In this document: piece after piece, positions 14,311-27,890 of the stretch
Layout of the letters: the number at the start of each line of letters is the position of its first letter
Numbering within the stretch: the first letter of the stretch is position 1
Assembly: GCF_018350175.1 (NCBI RefSeq)
Contig: NC_058368.1
Location: 13,828,001 to 13,892,000 of the forward strand
Source of the DNA: Felis catus
Taxonomy: Eukaryota
Direction of reading: 5' to 3'
DNA: 64,000 nucleotides
Position numbers and translations under genes: made by a program
Notes under the pieces: model-generated
What the model was told of the DNA's origin: nothing
Database searches by the model: none
What the model saw: only the letters and a program-made list of their open reading frames with translations

Positions 14311-14536
14311 GGGGCACCTGGGTGGCTCAGCTGGTTAAGTGTCCGACTTCAGCTCAGGTCATGATCTCACGGCTTGTGAGTTCGAGCCCCGTGTTGGGCT
14401 CTGTGCTGACAGCTCAGAGCCTGAAGCCTCTTCAGACCCTGTGTCTTCTCTCTCTCTCTGCCCCTCCCCCACTCACACTCTGTCTCTCTCTCTCTCAAAA
14501 ATAAATAAACATTAAAAAATAAAAATTAAAAAAAAG
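14311..14536 (+). mobile_element. Can-SINE
   Basis: Canonical head and tail; TSD AAATTCTG(C/G)GCACTC. Confidence 0.95.
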
Positions 14537-14930
14537 AAATTCTGGGCACTCATGTTTTTTAATAACACAAAGTCATCATTATCATATTTTCTATTTTTCC
14601 TATGGTCCTATGACCTATTATTTTTCTTTATGTTTTACAAATGGGACTTTTTGCTGTATCCCATATAACTGACACAGAAGCAAATTCACAAAGAATGATA
14701 AATATTTTTTGCAATGACGTGTTAGTCAAAGCAAGTAGTTAATTTTGTCAGACAAACTCTAAAACTATGGGAGACATTGTGCAATAATTAAATTCACATA
14801 GTCTTAGATGAACTCAAATCTGCAAACTTTGAGAAAACACAGAGCAGTGAGTAGGAATTCCTCAGAATGGTTCTTATCTCTTCCACTTAGTAGGTTCTCT
14901 CTATGAACTACACTAACAATTTTTTTAAGT

Positions 14931-14940
<10 letters not shown>

Positions 14941-14969
<29 letters not shown>

Positions 14970-15187
14970 TTATAAATTTTTTTTAACGTTTATTTATTTT
15001 TGAGACAGAGAGAGACAGAGCATGAACAGGGGAGGGGCAGAGAGAGAGGGAGACACAGAATCCGAAACAGGCTCCAGGCTCTGAGCAGTCAGCACAGAGC
15101 CTGACGCGGGGCTCGAACTCATGGACCGTGAGATCGTGACCTGAGCCGAAGTCAGACGCTTAACCGACCGAGCCACCCAGGCGCCCC
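14941..15187 (-). mobile_element. Young Can-SINE inserted into the tail of an older SINE
   Basis: TSD TAAGTTTATTTATTT at 14926-14940 and 15188-15202. Confidence 0.93.
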
Positions 15188-15386
15188 TAAGTTTATTTAT
15201 TTTTGAGAGAGACAGAGAGAGAAAAGGGGAGGGTCAGAGAGAGACAGGGAGAGAAAGAGAATCCCAGGCAGGCTCCACACCATCAGCATGGAGCCTGATG
15301 TGGGACTCGAACCCATGAACTGTCAGATCATGACCTGAGCTGCAACCAAGAGTGGGACCCTTAACCGACTGAGCCACACAGGCACC
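15188..15386 (-). mobile_element. Older Can-SINE (host of the nested copy)
   Basis: GAGAATCCCAGGCAGGCTCC...ACCAAGAGT body; CTATGAACT flanks the composite on both sides. Confidence 0.9.
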
Positions 15387-16000
15387 ATTCTATGAACTTT
15401 TATTATAACATATAAAACTATTAGATTCAATTTTTCATTTCAATCCCTCACTCTCTAGATTAGTCACCATTTGGAATTCACTAACACTAAAATTTGGAAT
15501 ATTCCTTTATCATCAAAAGGTTTCTACATCTGCTACCACCTATTAAATCCCTTCACAAGCCTTAGAAAAGATGAAACTCATCATTAGGGTAAATATCAAG
15601 GGCATGATTTTAAGGCATCTTCAGAATTCTTCCTGGAGCATTTCAGGGACACTTGCCTCAGGGAAACATGTTCTGACGTCCAGCCAGAGTAGCCACAACC
15701 CAAATAGTCCTGGAGTTATTTTAGTGCTCTGTGATATTTTCATCCCTATGCTTTGTCCTCCTTTCCTGTAGTATCACTTTCAGGATTATACTTCATACAT
15801 AAAGAATGAAATAGGAAAGTGACAAGGAAAAATAAATATTAAAAGAGTAGGACCAAAAAGGTGGTCAAAAGCTTGTTGCTTACTTATTTTTCTACTCAGA
15901 AAACATCTTTTTCTCTCTCTATATGTACATACAGACACACATATGAATACATATACACACATATGAACTAAAAACCTATATGTAATTAAACTACACTTTC

Positions 16001-16226
16001 TTATTTTCTTTTCTTTTCTTTATTTTTTAATGTTTTTATTTTATTTTTGAGAGAGACAGAACACGAGCAGGACAGGGACAGAGAGAGGGAGGCAGAGAAT
16101 CAGAAGCAAGCTCCAGGCTGCAAGCTGTCAGCACAGAGCCCAAGGCAGGGCTCGAACTCACAAACCGCGAGATCATGACCTGAGCCAAAGTTGGATGCTT
16201 AACCGACTGAGCTGCCCAGGTGCCTC
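16001..16226 (-). mobile_element. Can-SINE
   Basis: Exact 14-bp TSD TAAACTACACTTTC at 15987-16000 and 16227-16240. Confidence 0.95.
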
Positions 16227-16267
16227 TAAACTACACTTTCATGTTACTGTATTTTCTGAATATCATT

Positions 16268-16268
<1 letters not shown>

Positions 16269-16326
<58 letters not shown>
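16269..16326. repeat. (CT)n(AT)n microsatellite
   Basis: Direct reading. Confidence 0.95.
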
Positions 16327-18784
16327 GAGCTTTTGAAACAATGAACTTCAATTTATTTTGCCAATTTATACATTAAAAGTGTTAACTTGCATATTAATAG
16401 CTAACAATCGGCTTCCTTTTCTCCACATCCAGAATGTATGTAATTTTACAAATACAAGATCATATCTAACATACTGTGTGGCAGCACAGCCTAGCACTTT
16501 GCACACACTCAACCGCCAGTCACTGTTACGATTATTTATTCTTCCCCAGACTAGGAGAGATGTTGACCAGCATGATAACATCAGTGGCTTACATCTTTGG
16601 AATGTTTGCTATGTGCTACGATGAAATTTACAGATGAGATAAAGTAAGTCACCTGTCCAGGGTCGCCACAGCAAGAAAGTGACCTGCGGCTGCAACCCTC
16701 AAAGGGTGTACTTTTAATGCCTGTTTTATTCTTGACTGAAAACCAGAAAACCAGATATTCTTTTTCTTTTTTTCTTTCTTTTCTTTTTTTTTCTTTTCTG
16801 GCTCACACCATGCACAAACACCACCCATTTCCTTTAAAATGCTCTCTCCCTGCACACCAGGAATATTTTGAAAAATCTTCTGCCCTAAATTTTTCCTCTC
16901 CTTCCACTCTGGGTTTCTGTGTCTTCCCACACACAGAAAGGGAGCATACCATTACTCTTTGGGAAATTAAGATTCTAAAATCTCTTTCTCCTCTTGACAA
17001 TTTCTCACATGGATTCTGAATATTCATAATCTCACATACAAAAATGACAAAAAAATTTTTTTGAGTAAAATCTTGTATCAGTTATATGAACCACATCTTA
17101 AGCTTTTATTAGTCTTCTTTTAATATTTATTTTACTCTATTTCAGTAATATATCCAAATACATCATCGTCTTTGGTGATATTTTCATGTACTCCAGGCCT
17201 CCTCCTAGTTCAAGAAAAATTTCAGTTTTTCCTCAAATGAGACTTCCTACCTGAAAGAATTTTTAAATTTCGTTGGCTACCTATAATATTTGTAGACTAA
17301 ATTTTCTTACACTATTTTCTAGGCCTGTCATATTCTCCCATGCTCTTGTAATTAAACGTATTATCCATGATGGGACACACTGCTCTGTCTGGATCACTTT
17401 TCTGAGTTGTTTGATTACTGCTCTTCACAGCCTCCAGAAGTATGTTTAGTTCATCTGTAATGTTAACTGATTTAGAGCTTGTCTAACATTGTTATAGCTA
17501 ATTACTTTTCTGCAATCCTTGTTTTCACTTTCATTATTTCTCAAGAATAGTGAGTATTAGCTCATTTACATGCACAGGTAAAGTCGTCAGTAATTATTTC
17601 AGGTACCATGGGTTCCATCTCTAGGTTGACTCTCTTTTCCCCTTTGATGGTGTGATGCTTACTTGTTCACAGGGCATGGAGTTTTGAACATGCCTCATTG
17701 TTTTTGGAACTTTGATTCTTGAATTCTGCCATTTTCTCTTTTTATCTGACACTTTTTTTTTTCTTCTGGTGCTATGATGTTATTTCCTCCACAGTACCAT
17801 CTTTCTAGAATGTCATAGGCTTGTATTACCAAATACAGTAATGTCTTTTTATAGTCATGCTGGATTTTTTTCTTGTTAACCTCTTAGGATGATCATTGAA
17901 CAGTATATTAAAATAGATGGACACATTATTTTTAAAGTAGTTTTTAGTCCTACAACAGGATTTTCCTGGTGCTTAAGGTTTGGACATGAAATGATAATGG
18001 CCTATAACATAAGATAATTCATGTTTATCGATCTCTTCGGGTAGGATTTTCAAGTAAATTAGAGGCAATTCTTTTTCAACCTAGCAATTTTTCTTAGCTG
18101 GAGCTCAGTACATTTACCTTCCCTTGCCTTGATGCTGGGAGTTGTAGTTCCAGAGGGTGAGTGATATTCCTGAACCAGTCAGAGCTCAACCTTTAACTTT
18201 GCCAGTGGTGCATCTTCCACCCCCAGCCACCTGGCCATGTAAGCAGGGTAGCTGAAATGTCTTTTCTCACTGACTGGGTTTCCTCTTCATTCAAACTATA
18301 GCAAACAATTGGGGTAACTATAAAATATAGACCCTGTTCTAGAGGATAAAATGGGCCACTCCCATGGTTTGATTTGTTTTTAAATGGTTTATTTTGTCTT
18401 TCACAAAAAGACTTCTGCCTCTTTCTCCTCCAAGCAGATAGAGTGACAAGTCTGCCCAAGACCCCAGACCATTGTGCCCTTCCACACCTGCTTCCCAAAG
18501 TAATGTAAACTCCCACATCTCTAGTTCAAGAGGTCTTTATATTTCCATAACTGAAAAGTCTCTATCTCCATAAAAAACAGTTTGCTTGGAAGCTGTACTG
18601 GAGTTTCCATCTTCCACCTAGTAAAATCTTCTTGCGGTTTTTAAATAATGAAGTTTGAGAGATTAGGGATATTATACTCTGCTGTCTTGCCCCTAGCTTT
18701 TTTCAAAATTCATGGGAACTGGGAAAACTGATGCAACTTCTCATAGTCCCTGGAATGTGGTACCATGCACTTCCGAACCCATGT

Positions 18785-19112
18785 ATTTTTCATCCCCATT
18801 CAACAAATGTCTGCTGAGTGATTTCTCTGTATGTGGCTCTCTCTGGGATCCATCAATGAACAACCAAGACAAAAACTCCTCCCCTCATCCAGTGATGGAA
18901 GGAATACCCACCCCAAATAAAATGATTAAGTTAAATACATATTATAGATAGGTACAAGCTCTAAGGGGAAATATTAAAGAGGAAAGGGAGATGGGGAGGT
19001 CAGGTGGCGATGGTTCTGAGACATCCCACAAAGCCTTAAAAGAAGAAAGAAGGGAACAGCAAGGTCAGGCCTTGAGGCAGAGCATGCCTGGCAAGGGGGC
19101 CAGAGAAAAGAA
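18785..19112 (-). mobile_element. L2 3'-end relic (includes the left arm of the inverted duplication)
   Basis: CATTCAACAAATGTCTGCTGAG...ATGAACAACCAAGACAAAAACTCCTCCCCTCAT resembles the reverse-strand L2 3' end; heavily decayed. Confidence 0.6.
18896..19112 (+). repeat. 217-bp inverted duplication, left arm
   Basis: Reverse complement of 20286-20502 with one mismatch (19096 vs 20302), aligned by eye. Confidence 0.95.
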
Positions 19113-19229
19113 CCCAGCATTTACAGTACTTTAGATCTCCCGTGACTAATATTTTCTTCAAATCAAGAAAAATGTAAGACTAAAGTACAGTAAAAGATTT
19201 CACATGTTCTTACGTTTTTCCTGACTCTT

Positions 19230-19437
19230 GGAGCACCTGGGTGGCTCAGACGGCTAAGCATCCAACTTCAGCTCAAGTCATGATCTCACGTGTTCCTGGG
19301 TTTGAGCCCCACATTGGGCTCTGCCCTTGCTGCTGGGGATCCTCACTCCGGCCTCTCTCTCTCTGCCCCTTTCCCACTCATGGTTCGTCTCTCTCTCTCT
19401 CTTTCTCAAACTTAATTAATTAATTAATTAAAAAAAA
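19230..19437 (+). mobile_element. Can-SINE (diverged), within the spacer of the inverted duplication
   Basis: SINE head; TSD TTTTCCTGACTCTT. Confidence 0.92.
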
Positions 19438-20228
19438 GTTTTCCTGACTCTTGATTGTATCTGAGATCACTGAGCTGTCTTAACTCCTTAGCACACGGAG
19501 GGCCTTAAAAGATTTCTTCAACTTTTTCTGCAGCTTAGGCCAGTTTTTCTAAAAGCATCCACTGTGGATCTGTTTCTTCTAAATGTGTAGACTATAATAA
19601 AACACTTTTTGGATATATTTGGGTTTTCTTATCCCCCCTCTCCCTGCTCCCCTGCTGTGATCTTAATTGCTTAGAGGTGACATCTCACTGACAGCTGCAA
19701 GGCTGCAGACCCCATGCCAATCTCACCAAAATGAAATCATTCAGCACCTGAGGGGACTGTGGCCGTCTGGACTCTTCAGTTCTGGCTGAGAAATGCGTGC
19801 CCTACTTTGATGGTCTGAACCACAGGGGAAGAAGCTAACCTAGAGGAGTTTCTCTTTCTCTCCTTCCTCACCTCTGAGGTTGGCTTAGCACCATGAAGGG
19901 GCCTACAGACCCTGCCCCCATACTTCTGAGCCTGGAAATTCTGTGAAATCAAATCAGCATGAAAGGCCAGGGGACTTAGAGTCACAGTAGAACGAGGTGG
20001 AGGTGAACACTCAAAGTCCAGCGCGTACATGGGCCAAATTGGATGAGTGGGGTCCACAGCAAACTTGTGAGCTTGCATACTTTAGGAAAAAGCCAGTTCT
20101 CAGATCTAGCTGGTTGGTGCCCTGTGGCAAAAAAACTGCAGAGCTGCCAAATCGGATTTTTAAAGAAAAGACAGAAATCCCAGGACTTGTACGAAATGTT
20201 CTCATGCTTTAATGTTGGCAACTGGTAA

Positions 20229-20265
<37 letters not shown>

Positions 20266-20285
20266 ATACAATAAAATGCGGGAAA

Positions 20286-20502
20286 TTCTTTTCTCTGGCC
20301 CGCTTGCCAGGCATGCTCTGCCTCAAGGCCTGACCTTGCTGTTCCCTTCTTTCTTCTTTTAAGGCTTTGTGGGATGTCTCAGAACCATCGCCACCTGACC
20401 TCCCCATCTCCCTTTCCTCTTTAATATTTCCCCTTAGAGCTTGTACCTATCTATAATATGTATTTAACTTAATCATTTTATTTGGGGTGGGTATTCCTTC
20501 CA
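20286..20502 (-). repeat. 217-bp inverted duplication, right arm
   Basis: Reverse complement of 18896-19112. Confidence 0.95.
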
Positions 20503-21683
20503 ATCTTGGATCCCATCAGCCATTTTTGTCTGTTTCATGGGGTTCATGGTAGACTGAAATTCAAAAACAAGAGGTGGAACAAGGAGAGTAAATAATTTCC
20601 AAATTGCATGCCAATTCTGATTTATTGCTTGTGGCCATTTCTGGGTCAGCAGGAAAAGTACTGTGTTACATTATCAGTGTTGAACGATGGTGCATAACAC
20701 ATATATCTGCCATTCTTGAGGAAGACTATCCCCATGACGGTCAGTGTTAATGGTGATACAATAAATGTTTTCAGCTGCCCTACTTCCTTAACTCTTTAAT
20801 TTAGGCATGTTTCTCTCAAGTTCTCCAGAGCCTGGGAAAACGGAGTGCCGACACAAACATGAGAGTCCTGCCAAGGATCAGGTGCCTTTGTTCATAATTC
20901 ACGATGCACAAATCAAGCTAACACAGCACTAAAGAAGGAGGGCAATCAATTTGATCTATCAGTAGAACACCTAAGATATCATTTATTCAGAGTCCTTGTG
21001 ATGGAAAACTATCAGAACAGAGTTTCACTACTCTAGACCAATCAGGTGTCAAATTATTGAATGTTTTAATCCCTGCTGATCTTCTAGCTAATTTTAATTT
21101 ACCAAAATGAGTTACTCTTTAGAATTAGAATGGTCTTTAATACAAAGTCCAGATACTTTTATTTTAAAGAGAAACAATAAAACCCAACACTGGAAAGCAA
21201 CATAAAGACAATTATTTTTAGTGCTTTAATCCTTGACTGGGAGACTGAAACCAACAAAGTAATTGAAAAACGTTATCCTCCAGGAGGTAAGGGCATTTGA
21301 GTGTCTAGAAATATATTTTTAAACATACATCCATTTATTTTCAACTCCAGAAGGAATTTCTTTATAGAAAAACAGTAGCAAATCTCTCAGATAGGTTCTT
21401 ATCTGTTAATTCGCTCAGCTTTCCTTCTAATACATCCTCTACCAAAATTCTATTCAAAATAAGAGAACATCCACAAATTCCATTTCCAATAATTGTGTAC
21501 TCAGTACCAAAATAAACTCCTTGAGTAAATTGAGTAGGTGGTAATGGCCTATATGATGAAGGAGTTGGGTGTAACAAATCCCCTTCCCAACCCCCAAATC
21601 TCTTTCCCATCAACATGCTGTCAAGGCCTGAAATTCATTGATCAGAATCTTTCTGAATATATTTTAACAATTCCTTATTGCAA

Positions 21684-21686
<3 letters not shown>

Positions 21687-21724
<38 letters not shown>
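21687..21724. repeat. (TTA)n microsatellite
   Basis: Direct reading. Confidence 0.95.
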
Positions 21725-22236
21725 TTGTAGATGTGAGAATTACAATATTATTTAATCTGGAATATCAAAATTTCAAAATTTCAGTGTTTTTGAGACTATA
21801 AGGAAAAATTTGGGTTTCCATGGAAAATTGTGCTTTGTCTATAGCATACTTTTCCACTTTTTTGGTTCTGAGTCTAGGGGAGATTTATTTCCAATTTTGT
21901 AAGCTGTCGGCAGCTGACAGCACTGCAAAAATAATTCTTGTCTGTAGACACGCAAGTAATACTGACTGATGGAGGGACCCACCCTCCCACCTATGGAAAA
22001 AGACAGTCTTTTCCATTGGTATATTCATTTCAATAGTCCTCATCTAGAAATGTATCTGTTCTTTTGGATTCTTCTTTGAATTGCTTGTAACATCTGGTTT
22101 TTCACTGATCAATGAGTTAAGTAAGATCTTCAACCCATGTTTGTTTTATATTTGTAAAAAAGTCATGATTTTCCCTATTTTTGAAAATTACCCCCCCAAA
22201 AAAATAAGCTTTCAAGCCTGATTAATGATGTGTGTA

Positions 22237-22238
<2 letters not shown>

Positions 22239-22280
<42 letters not shown>

Positions 22281-22296
22281 ATGTGAGTGTGTGTGA
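22239..22296. repeat. (GT)n microsatellite
   Basis: Direct reading. Confidence 0.95.
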
Positions 22297-22515
22297 TTTA
22301 ATTATCCTATCAATACTTCCATTGGGGGAAAAAAAAAACTTCCATCAATAAATTTGTTTCCAAAGAGTTTATCTGAGCAGATTTCCACTCTTTTTTATAT
22401 TTAAAATCTTATTTCACTTCGTGGTTTAGACAAAGTGACAAAGATTATAAACAATTTGTGGGGGGAAAATCACTCAAATGATTATTGAGAGTTGCTCTGT
22501 TCCAGTCTTATTCAT

Positions 22516-23146
22516 TGTTATAGGCTAGTTGTTTACCTTCCCCCCACAATTAATATGTTTAAATTCCGATCCCTGATACTTCAGAATGTAATCATATTTG
22601 GAGTTGAGGTCTTTAAAAAGAAATGATTCGGGGCGCCTGGGTGGCTCAGTCGGTTGAGTGTCTGACTTTGGCTCAGGTCATGATCTCATGCGTGGGTTCG
22701 AGCCCCGCATCTGGCTCTGTGCTGACAGCTCAGAGCCCGGAGCCTGTTTCAGATTCTGTGTCTCCTTCTCTCTATGCCCTTCCCCAAATCATGTTCTGTC
22801 TCCCTCTGTCTCAAAAATAAATAAACATTAAAAAATTTTTAAAAAATAAATAAAAAATAAAAAGAAATGATTCAGTTAAATGAAGCCATTAGGGTGGGGC
22901 CCTAATCCAATATGACTGGCATCATCACCATAAGAAGAAACATTAGGGGTACTTTGCATACACAGAGACACAACATTTAGATGACAGTGGTTATCTAAAA
23001 GCCAACTGATCCTTTAGTTATGGCCCTTACAGGAAACCAACCATGACAGCATCTTGATCATCTCCAGCCAGTACTGTGGAAAATACTATTGTTTAAGTCA
23101 TCCAGCCTGTGGTATATTGTTACAGCAGCCCTAGAACACTAACACA
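22516..23146 (+). mobile_element. MLT1-type solo LTR interrupted by a SINE
   Basis: TG...CA ends with 5-bp TSD TTCAT (22511-22515, 23147-23151); CCCTAATCCAATATGACTGG motif. Confidence 0.88.
22630..22858 (+). mobile_element. Can-SINE
   Basis: TSD AAAAAGAAATGATTC on both sides. Confidence 0.95.
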
Positions 23147-24679
23147 TTCATCTATTGGACCAAGGGGTCTAGTATGTGTCTCACTATTGAAGATCTCTCT
23201 TCAAGGCCATCCAAGAACAAATTCACCTCTATGGTATCCACCACCCCAGGCAAAGTTATCTGGTCAAAGCTCATGCTCCAAGTCCTCCAAGAGTTTCTCC
23301 CATGTTACAGGGTGACCAGGCCAGCATCCCAAGTTGTCATGCCTAAAGCTTCCTTTGGTAAACCTACCTTCCAGTTCAGCTTAATCTTTGATCCCTTCAA
23401 CATCAGCCCTGTTACCAGAACAGCCTCTCACTAGGTTCAATCGTGCCTTCTAGTGGAAAGAGCAATTCCAGATGATGGGGAATTCCATGGCGTGGTGAAG
23501 GAAGCAGGTTGAAATAATGTAGGAGTGAAACTGGAGGTGAAGACCATCCATGGATAAGCCACAGAGCAATCAAAATTCCCCAGAATAAAGGAGGATTAGA
23601 GATGGAGAGGATGACCCTAGAGCCAAAAGCCAGAATGCTCTCATGAATGTGGGAGAATAACTTGAAGGTTGATGCAGGAAATGAAAAAGGGGCTAGCGCA
23701 TGAGAGTGGAATAGTCTGGAATTAGCAATGGAAGCAAGATTGGCAAGATGACAGTACTCCTGTCCTAAAGGTATTTCAGTCATGAAGGAGACACACCAAT
23801 AAACAGATAATTAAAATACGCTCCTTATCTGTACATGATCAATATATGCTAAGGGAGCCCATAGGAGATATATGTAACCTGGCCTGGGTCAGTGCAGAGC
23901 ATAAAGAAGGAAAGCATTAAAGGAGACCTGAGCAGTGTTTATTCAGCACCATACAGAGAGAAGTGCCAAACGTGGCTGAAATGAACTTTCCAGTCACTGG
24001 AAAGGCATCTCTGTAAGTGGAGTAGAGATGATTGATCAGGCCTTGTCATAGACTAATGAAATCTTTTCTTGTGTTCACTAATCAATATTCTGATTATCAG
24101 TTTATCTTTCTGAGTACCCAAATTCCGGCAAAGGAACACCCCAGATGGAGAATGTATGCATTCCAGCAACTAGAATTGAATATCTCAACACTAGATTACT
24201 TAGGTCTCTTGTAAGTAGATTGCCCCATGAATCATCTTTCCTAGGTTTTCAGCTCAGAGAAACTGACAGGGCTGAGGGCCAGACTAAGGGCCTTGCTAGA
24301 TTCATGAAAGGTAATGGCTTCTTGACAGTCTTTTAGCATTCTCGTGGAAGGACCCTAACCTACTCTTTAGCCCCTTTGCAGCTTTTAACAATGGGCATGG
24401 CAAGTATGAATTGGATGTCACCAATCAGCTCTGTGGAAACATAAACCCATTTTATTTTTATGACTACACATACTTTTCTTTGACCAGCCCTGTTATTGCC
24501 CAATAGCAGAAAAACTAAATTTGATCCAATCAGAAAGCTTAACCCAAACCAGTAAATTTTCTAGTTGCTTTTGATTTAAAATGAGATCTCTTAAGTGAGT
24601 ATTCAGTCAGATGCAACTATTATTATCAACTATCACTGTCCAGTTCAGTGTTTTCTCTCTGCCTGTAATAATCCTCCTC

Positions 24680-25053
24680 TGCTATGGACTGCATGTCGGT
24701 GTGTCCCTAAAATTCATATGTTAAAATTCTAACCCCCGATGTGATGGTATTAGAAGGTGCGGTCTTTGGAAGTGATTAGGTGGCAATCTCATGAATGGGA
24801 TTAGTGCGCTTATAAAAGAGACCCCTCCCCACCCCCTCCTCGCCAAAGCTCCCTAGCCCCTTTCACCCTATAAGGACACAGTGAAAAGATGGCCATTTAT
24901 GACCCAGGAAGCGGGCCCTCCCAGACACAGACCTGACCATGCAGGCACCCTGACTTTAGGCCTCCAGCTTCCATACTGCCAAAAATTAACGTGTGTTGTT
25001 TGTAAGCCACCCAGTCTGTGGTACGTGTTATAATAGCCAAATGGTCGGAGGCA
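24680..25053 (+). mobile_element. MLT1A-like solo LTR
   Basis: TGCTATGGACTG start; AATCTCATGAATGGGATTAGTG and TAAGCCACCCAGTCTGTGGTA motifs. Confidence 0.88.
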
Positions 25054-25108
25054 GTCTTTATCCACCTAACTCTCAGGAAGCCTGTGAGGGCTCCTGGCCC
25101 ATCACCCA

Positions 25109-25611
25109 TGTGGTGTAAGACCTAAAATTAAGATCCAATATTATGTGCTGCTTTGACATCTGATAAAATCTGTAGGGCCTCAAATAACCTAATGCCCAAA
25201 TTCTCCCTACTCTACCCCATGTAGAAGGTCCCCTGGTTGAAAAACCCTCCTCATCGAGGGGACCAGGCACAGCTGCTGCTTATCCCCGAGCAGTGGATTT
25301 CTGTTCCTTGCCCACCCCCAGAAGAATTCAAATAAGCCAATCACATCCTCCCACAGGAACCAGTCACCTCAACCTCTTGATGCTATAAAGGCTGCCTCCC
25401 AGCACCCTTGACTGTTTGCTCAAGTCCTCATACAGCCCGTGTGGCCTTATATAGCAGACTGTATCCTCCTCCCCTGGGTGGTGAGTACATGTAACTAATT
25501 AACTACCAGCATTTCATGTGTCCAGTGTTGGGTGTCCTATGTTTGGCCATCCTGATAACTTTAAAGCAGAAATCCTGTCACCAACAGGGTCCATATGAGG
25601 TGATTAAAACA
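25109..25611 (+). mobile_element. Solo LTR, probably ERV1 class (family unassigned)
   Basis: TG...CA ends with 4-bp TSD CCCA; internal CCAATCA and TATAAA boxes. Confidence 0.7.
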
Positions 25612-26289
25612 CCCAGCAGCAGCAGGGAAGGAATGGAGATTCAGTTACGTGACTGACTGCATTGAGTATGGGGAGGTCTCTTCAGTTAGACCTGACTGTT
25701 GGAGTCCTGACTTTGCTCACTGACACTGGTGTTTTATCACTCCCAATTCTTTGGAATGGTCCTTTAGATGGTCTACAGAAGCTTAGAAAGAAAGGCCTTG
25801 GGGCGGCTTCCTGCTTGGGCAATACCCAGTGTGTTACCCATAGGCAGGCTTAATCCACGGGGCCTTATCCTCCCCTCTCCCAGGAAGCCTCTTGTTGCAG
25901 GGTAGCTGGCCAGCCAGCCAAGACCTCAGCTACCTTCCCTAGTTGACTCCAAGCCTACAGGGAACCTCTGAATCTCCCTAAGCTGAGCTTGGCTCCAGAG
26001 AAAGCTGAAAGTGATCTCTGCTTTCTCTTGATTCACATGGTTGTCTTATTGGGACCCTTCTTGCTCCAAAGGCAACAGAGGGCTCTGCAGATTTTGTTGG
26101 TCAGAAAACTCTAGAAACCTTATGTCAGTTTCTGACTTATTTGCCTTTATCTACAAAACCGGAAGTGATGGTTTAGAATATGTTCCTCATGTGTAGACAT
26201 GGGGTCAGAATAAATCAAATGCCTTCTTTATCTCTCCTTTTCATTCCCTCTTTTAGCTTTCCTTCCCCTCAAAGCTTCATAGTGACTAT

Positions 26290-27890
26290 GGTGCCAACTG
26301 TGGTTGTGTGCTCACCTTCTTTACTTCCTTTCCTTACATTCACCCCTTGTTGCAATCTGATTCCAGGCCCTGAAACTCCTCTCCATAAGGTCACATTTAT
26401 CTTCAAACTGTCAAATTCAATGACAGTTTATGTCCTGCTCTTATTTGGCCTCCCTGTGGCATTTGTCACTGCTGTAACACTCCCTCCTTAAAACTCACCT
26501 TAGTGTTAGTGGCACCACCCTTGCCGACCTGTCCACCTCCTTCTCTGACCATTTTTCCGTCTCTCGCATGCAGGATCTCCCAATGATGCCTCAATGATGC
26601 TGCCATCACTGCTCAGAGCCTGATTCTTTGTTCTGTGCTCTTCCAGCCATATACGTCCTCACTGGGTGGCCATGTTTAAGTCTGTTTTCCTTCAATGACC
26701 ATTTATGACCCGGTTCCTCTAACTTCTTATTTTCAGCTCAGACATCACTGCTGGCCTCTGGACCCACAAAGTCAGCTCTGTATTTGACATTTCTACCTGA
26801 AAGTTGCCTAATCACTTCATACTCATGAATTAATTGATATGAATTAAGATCCTTTCTTCCCTCTGTATGCTTCTATTTGAAGGCATAAGCATTTACCCAA
26901 TGACTTAGTGTTTCAGTCATTCTAGACTTTCCCCCTTCAGTCCCCATCTCCTAAGAGTCTGCTTTTACTTCCTACATATATGTTGGGTTCTCTTTTTTGC
27001 TCTGCTGATCTGAGACCCTCATCTTTTTTTTTTTTTTTTTTTTGCCTGATTATTGCTCTCTCAACCTCTAGATTGCACAAACCCTTTATCCTACCCAAGC
27101 TCCACAGCGATTTTCTAAAATTGTCAATCTGTTCATGTCAGGTCACTTTCTTGCTTAAAACCTTTCAGGTTCCAATGACTTTTAGGATGAAGGTCAAATG
27201 CCTCAGCCTAACAAACAAGGGCCATCGTGGTCCAACGGCAGAGAGGTTAATACTTCGGCATCATGCCTTGCTCACTAGAGGTGAGAATGTAGACAAGTTA
27301 CTTAACCTTCCTATACCTCATTTTCTTCTATCTGAGAATAGAGATAGAAATAGCACCTATGTAATCAGATTGTTGTGAGGACTAAGTGAGATGAGGCATG
27401 TGAAATACCTATGGCAGTGCCGAGCACATAATAAATAGCCCATTTTTTATAGTAGGTGTTATTATTATATTCTTTCTAATCTTTTTCATCCCTTCTCTTT
27501 AGACATACTGCTCTACTTGACATTTGTGAAAGCAGCTTGTGATTTGATTCTTTTGGCTTTCTTATCATGGTTGCTTCTTCTGCTTGTAATGCCTTTCCCC
27601 CATTCTTTATCTAGCTAACACACACTGAGTTTAAAAACCCTTCTCATGTCACTTCTTCCAGGAAGCCATCCTTGACGTTTCCACTTCAGTCTCCTCCAGC
27701 TTGCCCTGGGCTTTCATAGCCCTTTATAGATATGTTTATCTCAGCACTTAATACCTTGCATTAGACTTGATCATATGTCTGCCTCCTATGCAAGACTGTG
27801 TGATACTTAATGATACGATACAACTCTCTGTCTGCAGTTCCAAGAATAAGATTTCACACCATTGAACTAGGGGTTCAGTAAATGAAATTT
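26290..27890 (+). mobile_element. L2 relic with a MIR inserted (about 27240-27470)
   Basis: Pyrimidine-rich L2 motifs (GTCACTTTCTTGCTTAAAACCTTTCA; TCTTCCAGGAAGCC); MIR core CAAGTTACTTAACCTT...TTGTTGTGAGGACTAAGTGAG. Confidence 0.7.

Noticed and set aside
16940..18700. T-rich stretch suggestive of very old antisense L1
   Set aside because: No diagnostic motif I could pin down; left unannotated
18896..20502. Inverted arms read as the TIRs of a 1.6-kb DNA transposon
   Set aside because: No target-site duplication, no transposase ORF, and the left arm is continuous with flanking L2-like sequence
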